From: a plasmid
Strand: one strand, 5' to 3'
Sequence record: NZ_CP085281.1
Length of the DNA: 64,000 bases
Shown here: positions 37,401 to 46,459 of the stretch, one piece after another
Numbering within the stretch: the stretch's first letter is position 1
Layout: every line of letters starts with the position of its first letter
The notes under the pieces: generated by a model
The model's database searches: none
What the model was told of the DNA's origin: nothing
What the model saw: only the letters and a program-made list of their open reading frames with translations
Translations under genes and position numbers: made by a program

Positions 37401-37506
37401 ATCTACACGGAGGTTGTCGCGGCAGCGCATGACACTGTGATGCAGCGTGCAGACCCGTGCGCAGCTCGCGCGCATCCGCGTGCGGAACGGATGAAGGAGA
37501 CAAGGC

Positions 37507-37890
37507 GTGAGGGTGATTCTTCGGACGCCGGCCGAACTGGTCGCCGAGTACGACCTTCCCGACGTGGACAGCGGGGCGAGCGACGAGGAGATCCTGGCGG
37601 CCGCGGCCGCGGCCGAGCCGATTCGGCGATCCGAGCCCGAGGTCGTCGGTGAGACCTATGTCTACGCCCGCGGGTTGGATGACTTGGCGCAGCAGGGACG
37701 GCGCCTGATTCAGGCTGACTCGCGGCTCGACAGCGAGAAGAAGGCCGCCCAGCAGCTGGCGCGGCGGTACCTGGCGCAGGGCCGCAGCAAGCGCGACATC
37801 GCCCAGACACTGCACATCACGCGCAAGACGTTGGACGCCTGGTTGGGCGACACTGAACCGCGCGAGCCCGCGCGAAGTGATGAATCATGA
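37507..37890 (+). CDS. hypothetical HTH regulator
   Basis: GTG start after GAAGGAGA. C-terminal RSKRDIAQTLHITRKTLDAWL. Confidence 0.5.
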   Translation: MRVILRTPAELVAEYDLPDVDSGASDEEILAAAAAAEPIRRSEPEVVGETYVYARGLDDLAQQGRRLIQADSRLDSEKKAAQQLARRYLAQGRSKRDIAQTLHITRKTLDAWLGDTEPREPARSDES

Positions 37891-37964
37891 CCGGGCCGTG
37901 GCAGCACCGATACCACCGGTTGAGCTGGACCAATCGCACGTCCCCGCGTTGCTACTATCGCTGC

Positions 37965-38630
37965 ATGGCCGACGGGCAGGTGTGGGGCCGGCTGCGTGAG
38001 GTGGCTGCCGGCCAATTCGGCCTGTTCACCGCAGCCCAGGCCCGCCAGCATGGAGTGGCCCGCTACGAGCTGACCCGCCGGATCGACTCCGGGGAGCTGT
38101 TTCGGGCCCACCACGGTGTGTACGGGTTCACCGCGGACTCCGCGACGATGTTCGCGTTCGAGGACTGGGCTGCGCAGTGGCTGGCCTTGCGTCCGGAGGC
38201 GGACATCGAGCAGCGGCGAGCCGATCCGGATTGCGTCATCAGTCACGACAGCGCGGCGGTGATCCAGGAGTTGGGCACGATCGTGGCCCGGGGCTTGTTC
38301 TTGACCGGGCCGCGGCGCATCAACGCCCGCTCGGCGCGGGTGCACGCCTATCGCCGCGATATCGGTGAGCGTGGTGTCGACTGGGACGTAGTGAAGGGTC
38401 TTCCGGTGTCCACTCCGGGGCGGATCATCGCCGACCTGGCCCGTGATGATCTCGATGGTGCCCATCAGGGTGCGGTGATCGCCGACGTTCTCGACGAGGG
38501 CCTGCTGACCCTGGACGAGGTGGGTGCTCGCCTGGATCCGTTCGCGCACCGGTGGGGTGAGTCCGGCGGGGCGGAGTTGGCGCGGCGTTTCCTGGCTGAC
38601 GCTGGGCGTGCGCTGCCGCTGTCGGTATAG
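37965..38630 (+). CDS. abiEi: AbiEi-type antitoxin/transcriptional regulator
   Basis: N-terminal GRLREVAAGQFGLFTAAQARQHGVARYELTRRIDSGELFRAHHGVYGF, typical AbiEi. ATG at 37965. Confidence 0.7.
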   Translation: MADGQVWGRLREVAAGQFGLFTAAQARQHGVARYELTRRIDSGELFRAHHGVYGFTADSATMFAFEDWAAQWLALRPEADIEQRRADPDCVISHDSAAVIQELGTIVARGLFLTGPRRINARSARVHAYRRDIGERGVDWDVVKGLPVSTPGRIIADLARDDLDGAHQGAVIADVLDEGLLTLDEVGARLDPFAHRWGESGGAELARRFLADAGRALPLSV

Positions 38631-38639
38631 CGCAGGAGC

Positions 38640-39668
38640 ATGTGCAAGGCCAGCAATGAGCCCGGTGGGCCGAAGCGATGCTCGGCCGACATGCGGGCGC
38701 GGGCGCAGGAGTCCCACGACCGGGTCGCGGCGTTGGAGCAGCGGCAGCGTGAGATCGAGGAGATGCTCGATGCGCGCCGCACCTACGGTTCGGAGGGGGC
38801 GTTTCGGGCGGCGCTCAATGCGCGGATCCGCGATATCGCGCGGCGCAGCGGCAGTGATTCTGCTGAGATTGCGCGGCGGTTTGCGTTGCAGCAGTTCGTG
38901 TCCCGGCTTTTCGATCGTGATCCGGAGTCGTGGTTGGTGACCGGCGGGACGGCATTGCAGTTTCGGACGACGGAGGCGCGGGCGACCGCGGACCTGGATC
39001 TGGCGGTGACCCGCGGGGTGGAGGACTTGACGGAGGCACTGACTGCGGCGGCGAGCCGGCGGGCTGGGGAGCACGGTGAGTTCGTGGTGGCGGTGAGTCC
39101 CGGTAGTGGTCCTGGTGCGTTCACCGGGAAGATCACCTACATGCTGGGGGGCTCGCGGTTCGCGGTGGCCAAGTTGGATGTTGCTGCGGGGCGGGCGTTT
39201 CCGTTCGAGCCGGACACGTTGGTTCCTGATCCGGTTGTGCCGATCGATGATGTGCGGCCGATGTCGAGAGTCCGTACGTATGCGGTGGCCTCGCACCTGG
39301 CCGACAAGGTCGCCGCGATGTATGAGGTGCATGGCAGCAGCGGTGCGTCCCCGTCGACGCGTTCGCATGACCTGGCCGACATCGTGATCCTGTCGCGGTG
39401 TGCGCGGGTCGACGCCGAGGAGTTGCGGGGTGCGGTGCGCCAGCAGGAGCAGCGCCGTGGGGTCATGGTGCCCACTCCCCTGACGCTGCCTTCTGAGCAG
39501 TGGCGGCGCAGCTATCCGTCTCGGGTGGCTGATGCGGGGTTGCCGGCCGAGCTGCGCGACGCTGATGCGGCGCTGGCTGAGGCCGACCGGTTCGTCGGCG
39601 CGGTCCTCGATGGCCGGATTTCATCGGGCACGTGGGATCCCGATCGCCGATCCTGGACACCGAAATAG
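38640..39668 (+). CDS. abiEii: AbiEii/DUF1814-family nucleotidyltransferase toxin
   Basis: GGTALQFR..RATADLDLAV nucleotidyltransferase-like, RSHDLADIVIL. Immediately downstream of abiEi. Confidence 0.65.
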   Translation: MCKASNEPGGPKRCSADMRARAQESHDRVAALEQRQREIEEMLDARRTYGSEGAFRAALNARIRDIARRSGSDSAEIARRFALQQFVSRLFDRDPESWLVTGGTALQFRTTEARATADLDLAVTRGVEDLTEALTAAASRRAGEHGEFVVAVSPGSGPGAFTGKITYMLGGSRFAVAKLDVAAGRAFPFEPDTLVPDPVVPIDDVRPMSRVRTYAVASHLADKVAAMYEVHGSSGASPSTRSHDLADIVILSRCARVDAEELRGAVRQQEQRRGVMVPTPLTLPSEQWRRSYPSRVADAGLPAELRDADAALAEADRFVGAVLDGRISSGTWDPDRRSWTPK

Positions 39669-39670
39669 CC

Positions 39671-39697
39671 GCTCACCTCGGCCAATGACACGTCCCC
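39671..39697 (-). repeat. dispersed ~30-bp repeat, copy c (reverse orientation, intergenic)
   Basis: Reverse complement reads ggggacgtgtcattggccgaggtgagc. Confidence 0.6.
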
Positions 39698-39782
39698 GCA
39701 GGCGCCGTCCGTCCGTCCGCCGCGCCGGCCCGGGGGCGGGGTCGGCAATATTGCAGCGGTTTTCCTACACCGGCGGTGTGGG

Positions 39783-40529
39783 TCAGAGGAAGTCGCCGCC
39801 GTCGCGGATCCGCTGGCGCAGCGGGTCCAGCGCCACCTCGATGACGTAGTCGTCGTCGCCGAAGAAGCGCTGGCGATAGTTCTGCAGCGCCGTTTCCAGG
39901 GCGTGGCGGTTGGCGTGCTGGCCGAGGAACTGCGGACGCGCCGTGAGCGGCACCAGCCCGGTGGTCAGCCAGTACTTGTTGAGGCGTTCGACGGACTCCA
40001 GCTGCTCGACCGACGGGGCGAGATCGGCTTCGGCGTCCCAGTGCGGATGCATGAGGATCAGCCCGTTGGTGGTCGGGATCATGGTGTCGATGCACTGACA
40101 TAGTGCCCACGCGCCGATTCGGTGGCCTTGGAGTGCGGGGTCGACGTCGAGCCACAGCGGCAGCATGACGACTTCTACGCAGTCGGAGAACTGTTGTGCC
40201 AGTTCAGGTCCGATGCGGTGATCGTCGAAGAGTGGGGCGAAACGGTCGGTGCGCAGGTTGTGGTACTGCTCGCGGTTGAGCAGCTCCTGGGCCAGGCCGT
40301 CGACGCCGGTGCGGACCATCACGAAGTGCAGGCGGCCGACGAGGACGTTGGGGTCGCCGAGCCGGGATTCGAGATGGGTCATCAGGATGTCGGCGCGCCA
40401 GAGCACTGTTGCGTGGCTGTCGTACACGGTGTCGGCGGTTTCCAGGTGCAGTGACGGCGCGAACATGCCGATGGTGGGCAGGTCGGGGGCGAGGGACTTC
40501 ACGAACTCGTCGAGGGCGATTATCGCCAT
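39783..40529 (-). CDS. hypothetical protein
   Basis: 248-aa ORF, last gene of the ArdC-led minus-strand run. Confidence 0.5.
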   Translation of the reverse strand: MAIIALDEFVKSLAPDLPTIGMFAPSLHLETADTVYDSHATVLWRADILMTHLESRLGDPNVLVGRLHFVMVRTGVDGLAQELLNREQYHNLRTDRFAPLFDDHRIGPELAQQFSDCVEVVMLPLWLDVDPALQGHRIGAWALCQCIDTMIPTTNGLILMHPHWDAEADLAPSVEQLESVERLNKYWLTTGLVPLTARPQFLGQHANRHALETALQNYRQRFFGDDDYVIEVALDPLRQRIRDGGDFL

Positions 40530-40606
40530 GGGTGTCTCCCTCTACGTGACTGTGGCGCCGGCACGGTCTCGCGTGGGGACCTAAGTGTGCTTGTCCATGA
40601 CATTGG

Positions 40607-41605
40607 TTATGCAAGGTCGGTGCGCGCGCCTTGCCGGCGTTGCACCTGTTGCACTTTGGCGGCGGGGTACCCGCTGATGCGGGTGATGCCGCGGTCGGCC
40701 ATGATGGCGCGGGCTCGGGATTGGCTGCAGCCAAGGAACTCGGCGACTTTCTCGATGGGCCACACCTCATCCATGCGGATGGCCATGTCGCTGTTGCCGT
40801 TATGTGCAGCCTGGCGCCAGGTACGGCGCAGTGTTCGCATACGACCTCGATTCGATCTGACTTCGTCGACGTCGGAGTAGGCCGTCGGGAGAAATGGTGT
40901 GTCGCCGAGGGACCATGCGTGCAAGCGTCGGCCGCGGCCGTGTAGACCTTGCACGGAGCTATGCCCGGGCAGCAGCCGCGTGGTGCGTTCGTCGGTGTCC
41001 TGAAGGAATTCTGCGGACGTCGACGGTGGCAGGAACAGCGCGAGCTGCGATGAGCCGAAGAGTGGCGGAAGTTCGTCTCGGCGGAATGGAATGGTCGCGA
41101 GCCAGCAGCGGTAGTGCAACGGATAAAGCGCCGCTGTGCGGTCGTATTCACCGAATTCGCTTTCCCCGAACGAGCGCTCCGATACGTAAGCTGAGCGGCC
41201 CGCGTCCCGTTCCCAACGGTCCAGCCAGAGCGTGTAGAAGTCCACGGGTACCCGAACTGCTCCGATCGAGGCGAGGAACACGGCCCGAAGTGTGTTGAGC
41301 CTGTTCATCAGTTCAAAGTCCCGATCGCGGTTGGGGCCAGGCGCACGGCGTAGTTGCTCGATCGTGGCGGAGTCTTCGATGATGCGGAGACGCTCGGTGC
41401 GTAGCTGAGCAGGATCGGCGGCGCTCACAACCTGGGCGATCTGTTCTGGGCTGTTCTGGCGGGGATCGAGGCTGCCGCAGGAGGTGCAGGTTCCCTCAGG
41501 CAGGTCCGTCTGAACCGGCACGTGGTCTGCGGGTAACACAGTTCCGCAGACCACGCACAACCGCCTCACTGCGTCGAGCGTGAGCATGGTCAACGCGCTT
41601 GTCAT
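40607..41605 (-). CDS. hypothetical protein with N-terminal zinc ribbon and C-terminal HTH
   Basis: CVVCG..CTSCG near the N-terminus. C-terminal IEKVAEFLGCSQSRARAIM. Confidence 0.5.
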   Translation of the reverse strand: MTSALTMLTLDAVRRLCVVCGTVLPADHVPVQTDLPEGTCTSCGSLDPRQNSPEQIAQVVSAADPAQLRTERLRIIEDSATIEQLRRAPGPNRDRDFELMNRLNTLRAVFLASIGAVRVPVDFYTLWLDRWERDAGRSAYVSERSFGESEFGEYDRTAALYPLHYRCWLATIPFRRDELPPLFGSSQLALFLPPSTSAEFLQDTDERTTRLLPGHSSVQGLHGRGRRLHAWSLGDTPFLPTAYSDVDEVRSNRGRMRTLRRTWRQAAHNGNSDMAIRMDEVWPIEKVAEFLGCSQSRARAIMADRGITRISGYPAAKVQQVQRRQGARTDLA

Positions 41606-41658
41606 GCTCCCGACACTAGCCGACTTACGAGCGTTTTGCTCGTATGTTGTGGGTTGGA

Positions 41659-42597
41659 TCAGCTGAGGCTACGCAGGAGCTGGCCCAGGCGTACGAGTCG
41701 TTGGCCGGTCGCCAGGCATTTGGGGGCCAGGTGGGCGCCGCGGCCGTCGGAGAGTTGCTCGGCGAGCGTCGTGGGTTCGCCGGCGGCCAGGACTGCGGTG
41801 ATCGCCGCCTCCAGATCCAGGAGTACCTGCGCCGCGGCGCCGGAGCTTGGGGACGTGTCCTCGTCGCTGGTCCGGGTGTTTTTGACGGGATCGCCGGCGG
41901 GCGTGGCCGGTGCGGCCGCCGCTGTGGCGCCGACCGCTGGGGATGTGTCATCAGGGCTGGTAGGGGTGTTTTCGTCGTCGCCCCATGGCGGGGCGCTGGA
42001 TGTGGATTCCTGGCCGCCGCCGGTGGTGATGTCGAACGGTGGCGCGTCGACGTCGACGTCGTCGGGGATCTCCGCGGGGACCAGGGCGCCCAGTGGGGAT
42101 GCCGGCGGGGTCGATGATTCGTGCAGGGGGCCGAAGCCTGGGGCGGTGGAGCGCTGGGTGACGGTGTCGATGAGGTCGCGCAGGGCGTCGGTTTGGGCGT
42201 CGGGGTCGGTGAGTCCCTCCAGCACCGCGGGGGCTTGTTCGATGACGACGCGGGCGCCGGTGACCCCGAGGCGGGCGACGTCGGAGGAGGTGACCGGGAT
42301 GCGGGTTCCGGGGGCGGTTAGTTCCTGCAGGGGCAGGATCAGGCCGACGATGCCCTGCTGGTAGCGGCGGGCGTTGGAGGCTGCGCATCCGAGTTGGTCT
42401 TGGACGAAGGCGGTGAAGCCGGTGTAGGGGCGGCCGGCGCCGTCGTTGATGTAGCGCCAGTCCTCGTCGCGGTAGATCTCGGCGAGGACCTCGAACGCCG
42501 TCTGGAAGGCGTTGTGTAGCAGCTGGGCTCGGCGCAGGGCGCGTTCTTGGCGGGTTTCGATGACGCCGGCTTCTTGGAAGGCGAGGTCGGTGCTCAT
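41659..42597 (-). CDS. hypothetical protein with Pro/Thr-rich tail carrying two DTSP repeat insertions
   Basis: ATG at 42597 (M32) overlaps the upstream stop (ATGA). Contains repeat copies d and e. Confidence 0.5.
   Translation of the reverse strand: MSTDLAFQEAGVIETRQERALRRAQLLHNAFQTAFEVLAEIYRDEDWRYINDGAGRPYTGFTAFVQDQLGCAASNARRYQQGIVGLILPLQELTAPGTRIPVTSSDVARLGVTGARVVIEQAPAVLEGLTDPDAQTDALRDLIDTVTQRSTAPGFGPLHESSTPPASPLGALVPAEIPDDVDVDAPPFDITTGGGQESTSSAPPWGDDENTPTSPDDTSPAVGATAAAAPATPAGDPVKNTRTSDEDTSPSSGAAAQVLLDLEAAITAVLAAGEPTTLAEQLSDGRGAHLAPKCLATGQRLVRLGQLLRSLS
41849..41878 (+). repeat. dispersed ~30-bp repeat, copy d
   Basis: ggggacgtgtcctcgtcgctggtccgggtg. Confidence 0.55.
41939..41968 (+). 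repeat. dispersed ~30-bp repeat, copy e
   Basis: ggggatgtgtcatcagggctggtaggggtg. Confidence 0.5.
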
Positions 42598-43205
42598 CGT
42601 GGGGTCCGCTGCTGGATCGCGGCGTCGATGGGTTCGGCGGCGTCGTCGAGGAAGCTGCGCAGACGCTTCTGGGTGGCCGGGTCGGCCCATGCGGTGGCGA
42701 TGACGTCGGCCAGGTCGTCGGCTAGGACGCCGAGTTCGGCGGTGACGTCCAGGCGGAGCCGCTTGCGCGTTTGCAGGTCGGGCATGAGCCGCAGCAGCGT
42801 GATGGTGACGGTGTTGGTGTCGGTCGAGGCCGGGCTGTTGCGGAAGGTGGCCATGATGCGCTGTTCGACGAGCGTTTTGGCCAGGGGGTCGCGGAAGGAG
42901 CCGACGGGGATGACGGCCAGGGGGCCGTCGGTGTCGCCGGCGTTGCCGCGGGAGAGTCGCTCTTCGTACTCCTCGACGGCCATGGCCAGCCCGGACAGGT
43001 AGATGGTCTTGAGGGCTTTGCGTTCGTGCTCGTCGCGGGTGAGTTCGAAGCGGCGGAACGTTTCGGCGGCGCCGTCGGGAGTGGAGGCGTAGGCGATCGC
43101 GTCGGCGTCGCGGCGGCGGCGGGCTTTGTCCAGTTTGGCCTGCACCTTGTCGAGTTCGCGCAGGAGTTCTTCGCGGGTCGGTTCCTGGGTCATGGTGTCA
43201 GTCAT
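42594..43205 (-). CDS. hypothetical protein
   Basis: ATG at 43205 with GGAGCGAG RBS. The listed ORF extends to a GTG at 43298, but that extension is low-complexity. Confidence 0.5.
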   Translation of the reverse strand: MTDTMTQEPTREELLRELDKVQAKLDKARRRRDADAIAYASTPDGAAETFRRFELTRDEHERKALKTIYLSGLAMAVEEYEERLSRGNAGDTDGPLAVIPVGSFRDPLAKTLVEQRIMATFRNSPASTDTNTVTITLLRLMPDLQTRKRLRLDVTAELGVLADDLADVIATAWADPATQKRLRSFLDDAAEPIDAAIQQRTPR

Positions 43206-43356
43206 TGTCTCGCTCCTGGGCTTCGTCGACGCCGAAGAACTGCTCGGCGGCTGCGGTGGCGGCTGCTTCGGTGTCGCCGGTGAAGGTGTGTCGTTCACCG
43301 GTGTCGGGGTCTTCGATCTCGATCTCGACGGCGGCTGGTTGACCGGGGGTGTTCAT
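43198..43356 (-). CDS. small acidic ORF (52 aa) not in the ORF track
   Basis: ATG at 43356 preceded by AGAAGGG. Protein MNTPGQPAAVEIEIEDPDTGERHTFTGDTEAAATAAAEQFFGVDEAQERDND. Its TGA at 43200..43198 lies 2 nt downstream of the next gene's ATG (43205..43203), read in a different frame. Confidence 0.35.
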   Translation of the reverse strand: MNTPGQPAAVEIEIEDPDTGERHTFTGDTEAAATAAAEQFFGVDEAQERDND

Positions 43357-43368
43357 TGGTGTGCCCTT

Positions 43369-44472
43369 CTATGGCATGACGGCCGGGGCGGCCTGTGGGA
43401 GTGCGCCGATGATGGACTTGCAGGCCTTGTTGACCCGGTCGGCGGTCTGCTGCACCTTCTTGGGGTCCCCCTTGGCCCAGCCGTCGATGTAGGCGAATGC
43501 GCTGCCTCCGGGGGTGAGGCCGTAGTGGCGGCCGATGACGTAGGCGACGCTTTCGGCCTCGACCTCCATCGTGGGGCGCTGGCCGCCGGGGCCGTTGTGG
43601 TAGTCGTGGTGGCGTTCCATGTGGCCCATCTCGATGTGCGCCAATTCGTGGGCGAGCACCATGGCTTGGTGGGCGTCGGAGTAGCGGGTGCTGACGACGA
43701 CCTTCTTGGTGGGCTTGTCCTGGGTGTAGCCCTCGGGTCCGTTCTCGGGTAGCTCGACCCGTTCGACGGTGTAGCCGTGGGCGGTGATCTGGTTCTCGAG
43801 TTCGGTGTGCATCTCAGGTGGTGCGACGCCGGTTTCGCGGGTGTAGGTGACCTCGGGGCGCTGCGGCAGCGGCGGGCCGGTGGTGTCGGATACGTCGTAG
43901 ACCGGGACGCTGAGCCAGCCGGTCATGACGTCTTCCTCGGTGCCGTCGTCCTTCTTGCGCTTCTTGATCTGGGGTGCGCGGATCCAGATCGCCTTCGAGC
44001 CGGCGATCAGGTCGCGGTTGAACTTCTTGTTCCACACCTTCTTCAGGCCGCCGACGAAGGTCGCATCGGGGCGCTGCATGCGCACCAGCAGCTGGTTCTG
44101 CAGCGAGTAGTGGTGGAACTGGCTGGCGTAGTGCAGCCAGTCCTGCCACTGCTCGGCGGTGTTGAGGTTGGCGATCGCGTCGTCGATCTCGCGGCGGATG
44201 TCCTCGATGCGGGTCGTCTTGTCGGCGAAGCTGACCTTCTTGGACCGCGGCGCGGGCGCCGGCGCTTCTGCTGGTGTCGCGTCGGCGACTGCCGGTGCTG
44301 GCGCGGGATGGCCCGCATCGGCCAGAGCTGCCATCAGAACGGACTCGGCTTCTTCGAGGACCTCGACGGCGTGGGCTGAGTGACTGTAGGCGATGCGGGT
44401 GTCCCCGGAGCAGCGGCGTGGCCCTCCTGGGTCGGTCGTGGCGCGACACACGATGAAGTACCTCCTCGGCAT
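43369..44472 (-). CDS. ardC: ArdC-like antirestriction protein (N-terminal ssDNA-binding domain plus C-terminal HExxH metallopeptidase-like domain)
   Basis: FHHYSLQNQLLVRMQRPDATFVGGLKKVW..GSKAIWIRAP resembles the ArdC N-domain. HELAHIEMGH zincin motif. Start may be an internal M. Confidence 0.7.
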   Translation of the reverse strand: MPRRYFIVCRATTDPGGPRRCSGDTRIAYSHSAHAVEVLEEAESVLMAALADAGHPAPAPAVADATPAEAPAPAPRSKKVSFADKTTRIEDIRREIDDAIANLNTAEQWQDWLHYASQFHHYSLQNQLLVRMQRPDATFVGGLKKVWNKKFNRDLIAGSKAIWIRAPQIKKRKKDDGTEEDVMTGWLSVPVYDVSDTTGPPLPQRPEVTYTRETGVAPPEMHTELENQITAHGYTVERVELPENGPEGYTQDKPTKKVVVSTRYSDAHQAMVLAHELAHIEMGHMERHHDYHNGPGGQRPTMEVEAESVAYVIGRHYGLTPGGSAFAYIDGWAKGDPKKVQQTADRVNKACKSIIGALPQAAPAVMP

Positions 44473-44645
44473 GGGACGCGGGGACCGCTACCGAAATAGC
44501 GCCAGCCCGGCAAAGGAGAGCTGGTGTGCGTTCCTACTTCTTGAAGTACCGGCGGGGACCCCGTTTTCCGTCGCTCCTGGACCGAACTTTTTCCGCCTCG
44601 ACGCGCCCTCCCCCATCACCGCTGCATCGGCCGCGCTTCAACGCT

Positions 44646-44680
44646 GTGTATACCGATATGCCATTTTTGTGTATAGTGGT
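44646..44680 (+). promoter_or_regulatory. conserved promoter/operator-like element, copy 2
   Basis: gtgtataccgatatgccatttttgtgtatagtggt with -10-like TATAGT at 44672-44677, 28 nt upstream of the ARH start. Divergent from ardC. Confidence 0.4.
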
Positions 44681-44704
44681 GCCCATAAGAAAGGTTGGTG
44701 CATC

Positions 44705-45781
44705 ATGACGAGACGAACTGCTACCCAGGCTCGCTACCGCAACGCCCTCATCGGGTTGGCCGCCGGCGACGCGTGGGGCTACCAGGTCGAATTCCGTAAG
44801 TACGCCTGCATGCCCGCCTACCCGGTGCCCGCACCCAAGAAGATCTGGCGGATCTCCGACGACACCCAGATGACGCTTGCCCTGCACGACGCCCTCGTCG
44901 ACGTCGCCGGCCAGCTCGACGACATCGACGCGGTAACCAAGGCCATCACCGAGCGCTTCCTCGAATGGCAGGTCGACCGCGACAACAACCGTGCGCCGGG
45001 GGCCACGTGCATGGGGTCCCTTACACGTCTGCGGCGCGGCATTCAGTGGCACGAAGAGGCTGGCGCGCTGGCCCGGCCTGGCTGCGGGGCCGTGATGCGG
45101 CTCGCGCCGGCGGCCCTGTGCCCGGAGCCGGTGTGGCGGGGCATCACTGCGTTGCAGGCGGTGCTGACCCACAAGCATCCGCGGGCGATCGCGTCCGCCC
45201 TGGTGCTCAGTGACGCCATCCGGTCTGCGACCACGGTGCGTGGGCATTTTCTCGAACATGCCATCAGCGCGGCGATGTCGGTCGTTTCGGGTGAAAGCCC
45301 GTGGCTGCGTGACGATTACCTGCTGCGGGTACTTTCACCGATGACCTCGGACATTTCCGGCCTGCTGGCCGCGGGCGTCAAGGACGTCCTGCTCGATGCG
45401 CTCCTGGACGCCTACGCCGTCAAGCAGGAGCTGACCACGCTGACCCCAGCGGAGTACGGCGACCCCTGCGTGGGAATCGGTGAGGGCTGGGAGTCGGGCA
45501 CGGCGACCGCCCTCGGGCTGCTGGTGGCCGACATGGCCACCGCGCCCGGGCGGCGTCGGGCTCCCCTCAACGGGCGCGAGGCGCTGGCGTGGGCGGCAAC
45601 GAGCAATGGCGACTCCGACTCGATCGCCAGCATCGCCGGCGCGGTCATCGGCGCCGCGCACACCGGGTCGAGCTATTGGGCCGGGGTGAAGATGGCCCCC
45701 CGGTTCGAGCCGCGGTACGCCAAGGCGCTGAGGGCGGCTCCTGCTGCAGCTGTTGGCTTTCTCGCGGCGAGCGCGGGGTGA
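44705..45781 (+). CDS. ADP-ribosylglycohydrolase (ARH/DraG family)
   Basis: GLAAGDAWGY, SDDTQMTLA, GCGAVMRLAP, NGDSDSIASIAGAVIGA. ATG at 44705 after GAAAGG. Confidence 0.8.
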   Translation: MTRRTATQARYRNALIGLAAGDAWGYQVEFRKYACMPAYPVPAPKKIWRISDDTQMTLALHDALVDVAGQLDDIDAVTKAITERFLEWQVDRDNNRAPGATCMGSLTRLRRGIQWHEEAGALARPGCGAVMRLAPAALCPEPVWRGITALQAVLTHKHPRAIASALVLSDAIRSATTVRGHFLEHAISAAMSVVSGESPWLRDDYLLRVLSPMTSDISGLLAAGVKDVLLDALLDAYAVKQELTTLTPAEYGDPCVGIGEGWESGTATALGLLVADMATAPGRRRAPLNGREALAWAATSNGDSDSIASIAGAVIGAAHTGSSYWAGVKMAPRFEPRYAKALRAAPAAAVGFLAASAG

Positions 45782-46395
45782 GTCTGGTGCGACCAGGTGC
45801 ATCGGTGGGCAAGTCCGCGAAGATCCGGGACGCTGCGCTTGCGGAGTTCGCGGCGCGTGGTGTTGAAGCCACCTCGTTGCGGCAGGTGGCGGCTAGGGGT
45901 GGTGTCTCAATCGGGTTGGTCCAGCATCACTTTGGTAGCAAAGCCGGTCTCGTCGAGGCTGTCGATGCGCACGTGGCCGACGTGGTTGGCGAGGTGCTGG
46001 TCTCTGCTCCTGAAGCGGTGACGGTCGAAGCGTTTGGTGATCAGTTGATGGCGCTGCTGACGCAACACAGCGTGGTCGCGGAGTACCTCGCTCGGGCGAT
46101 GGCGGACAAGACGCCCTTCGGGTCAATGATTTTCGATCGGTTGATCGCGATGGGCGTTGCGCGGTGGAAGTGCCGCAGCGGCGCCGGCCGAACCTGTGCC
46201 GATGTGGACACCGTGTGGGCGGTGATGAATGTGGTGGTGCTCTTCATTGGCACCATCTTGTTGCGACCTCACGTTGAGCGCCAGCTGTCCGCACCGTTGT
46301 TATCGCCTGACCAGGTGGTCCGGTGGAGGTCCGCCGTCGCCGCATTGACAGCCAAAGGGGTATCTCTGACACGCATGCCGCGCGGCGCGGAATAG
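45778..46395 (+). CDS. TetR-family transcriptional regulator
   Basis: HTH AALAEFAARGVEATSLRQVAARGGVSIGLVQHHFGSKAGL. GTG overlaps the ARH TGA (GTGA). Confidence 0.75.
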   Translation: MSLVRPGASVGKSAKIRDAALAEFAARGVEATSLRQVAARGGVSIGLVQHHFGSKAGLVEAVDAHVADVVGEVLVSAPEAVTVEAFGDQLMALLTQHSVVAEYLARAMADKTPFGSMIFDRLIAMGVARWKCRSGAGRTCADVDTVWAVMNVVVLFIGTILLRPHVERQLSAPLLSPDQVVRWRSAVAALTAKGVSLTRMPRGAE

Positions 46396-46459
46396 TTTCC
46401 CTTACGTCCCTGAGCCGTGCCTTCATCGGGCGCTCAGTCATTGCGGGCAAGGCCGCGGC

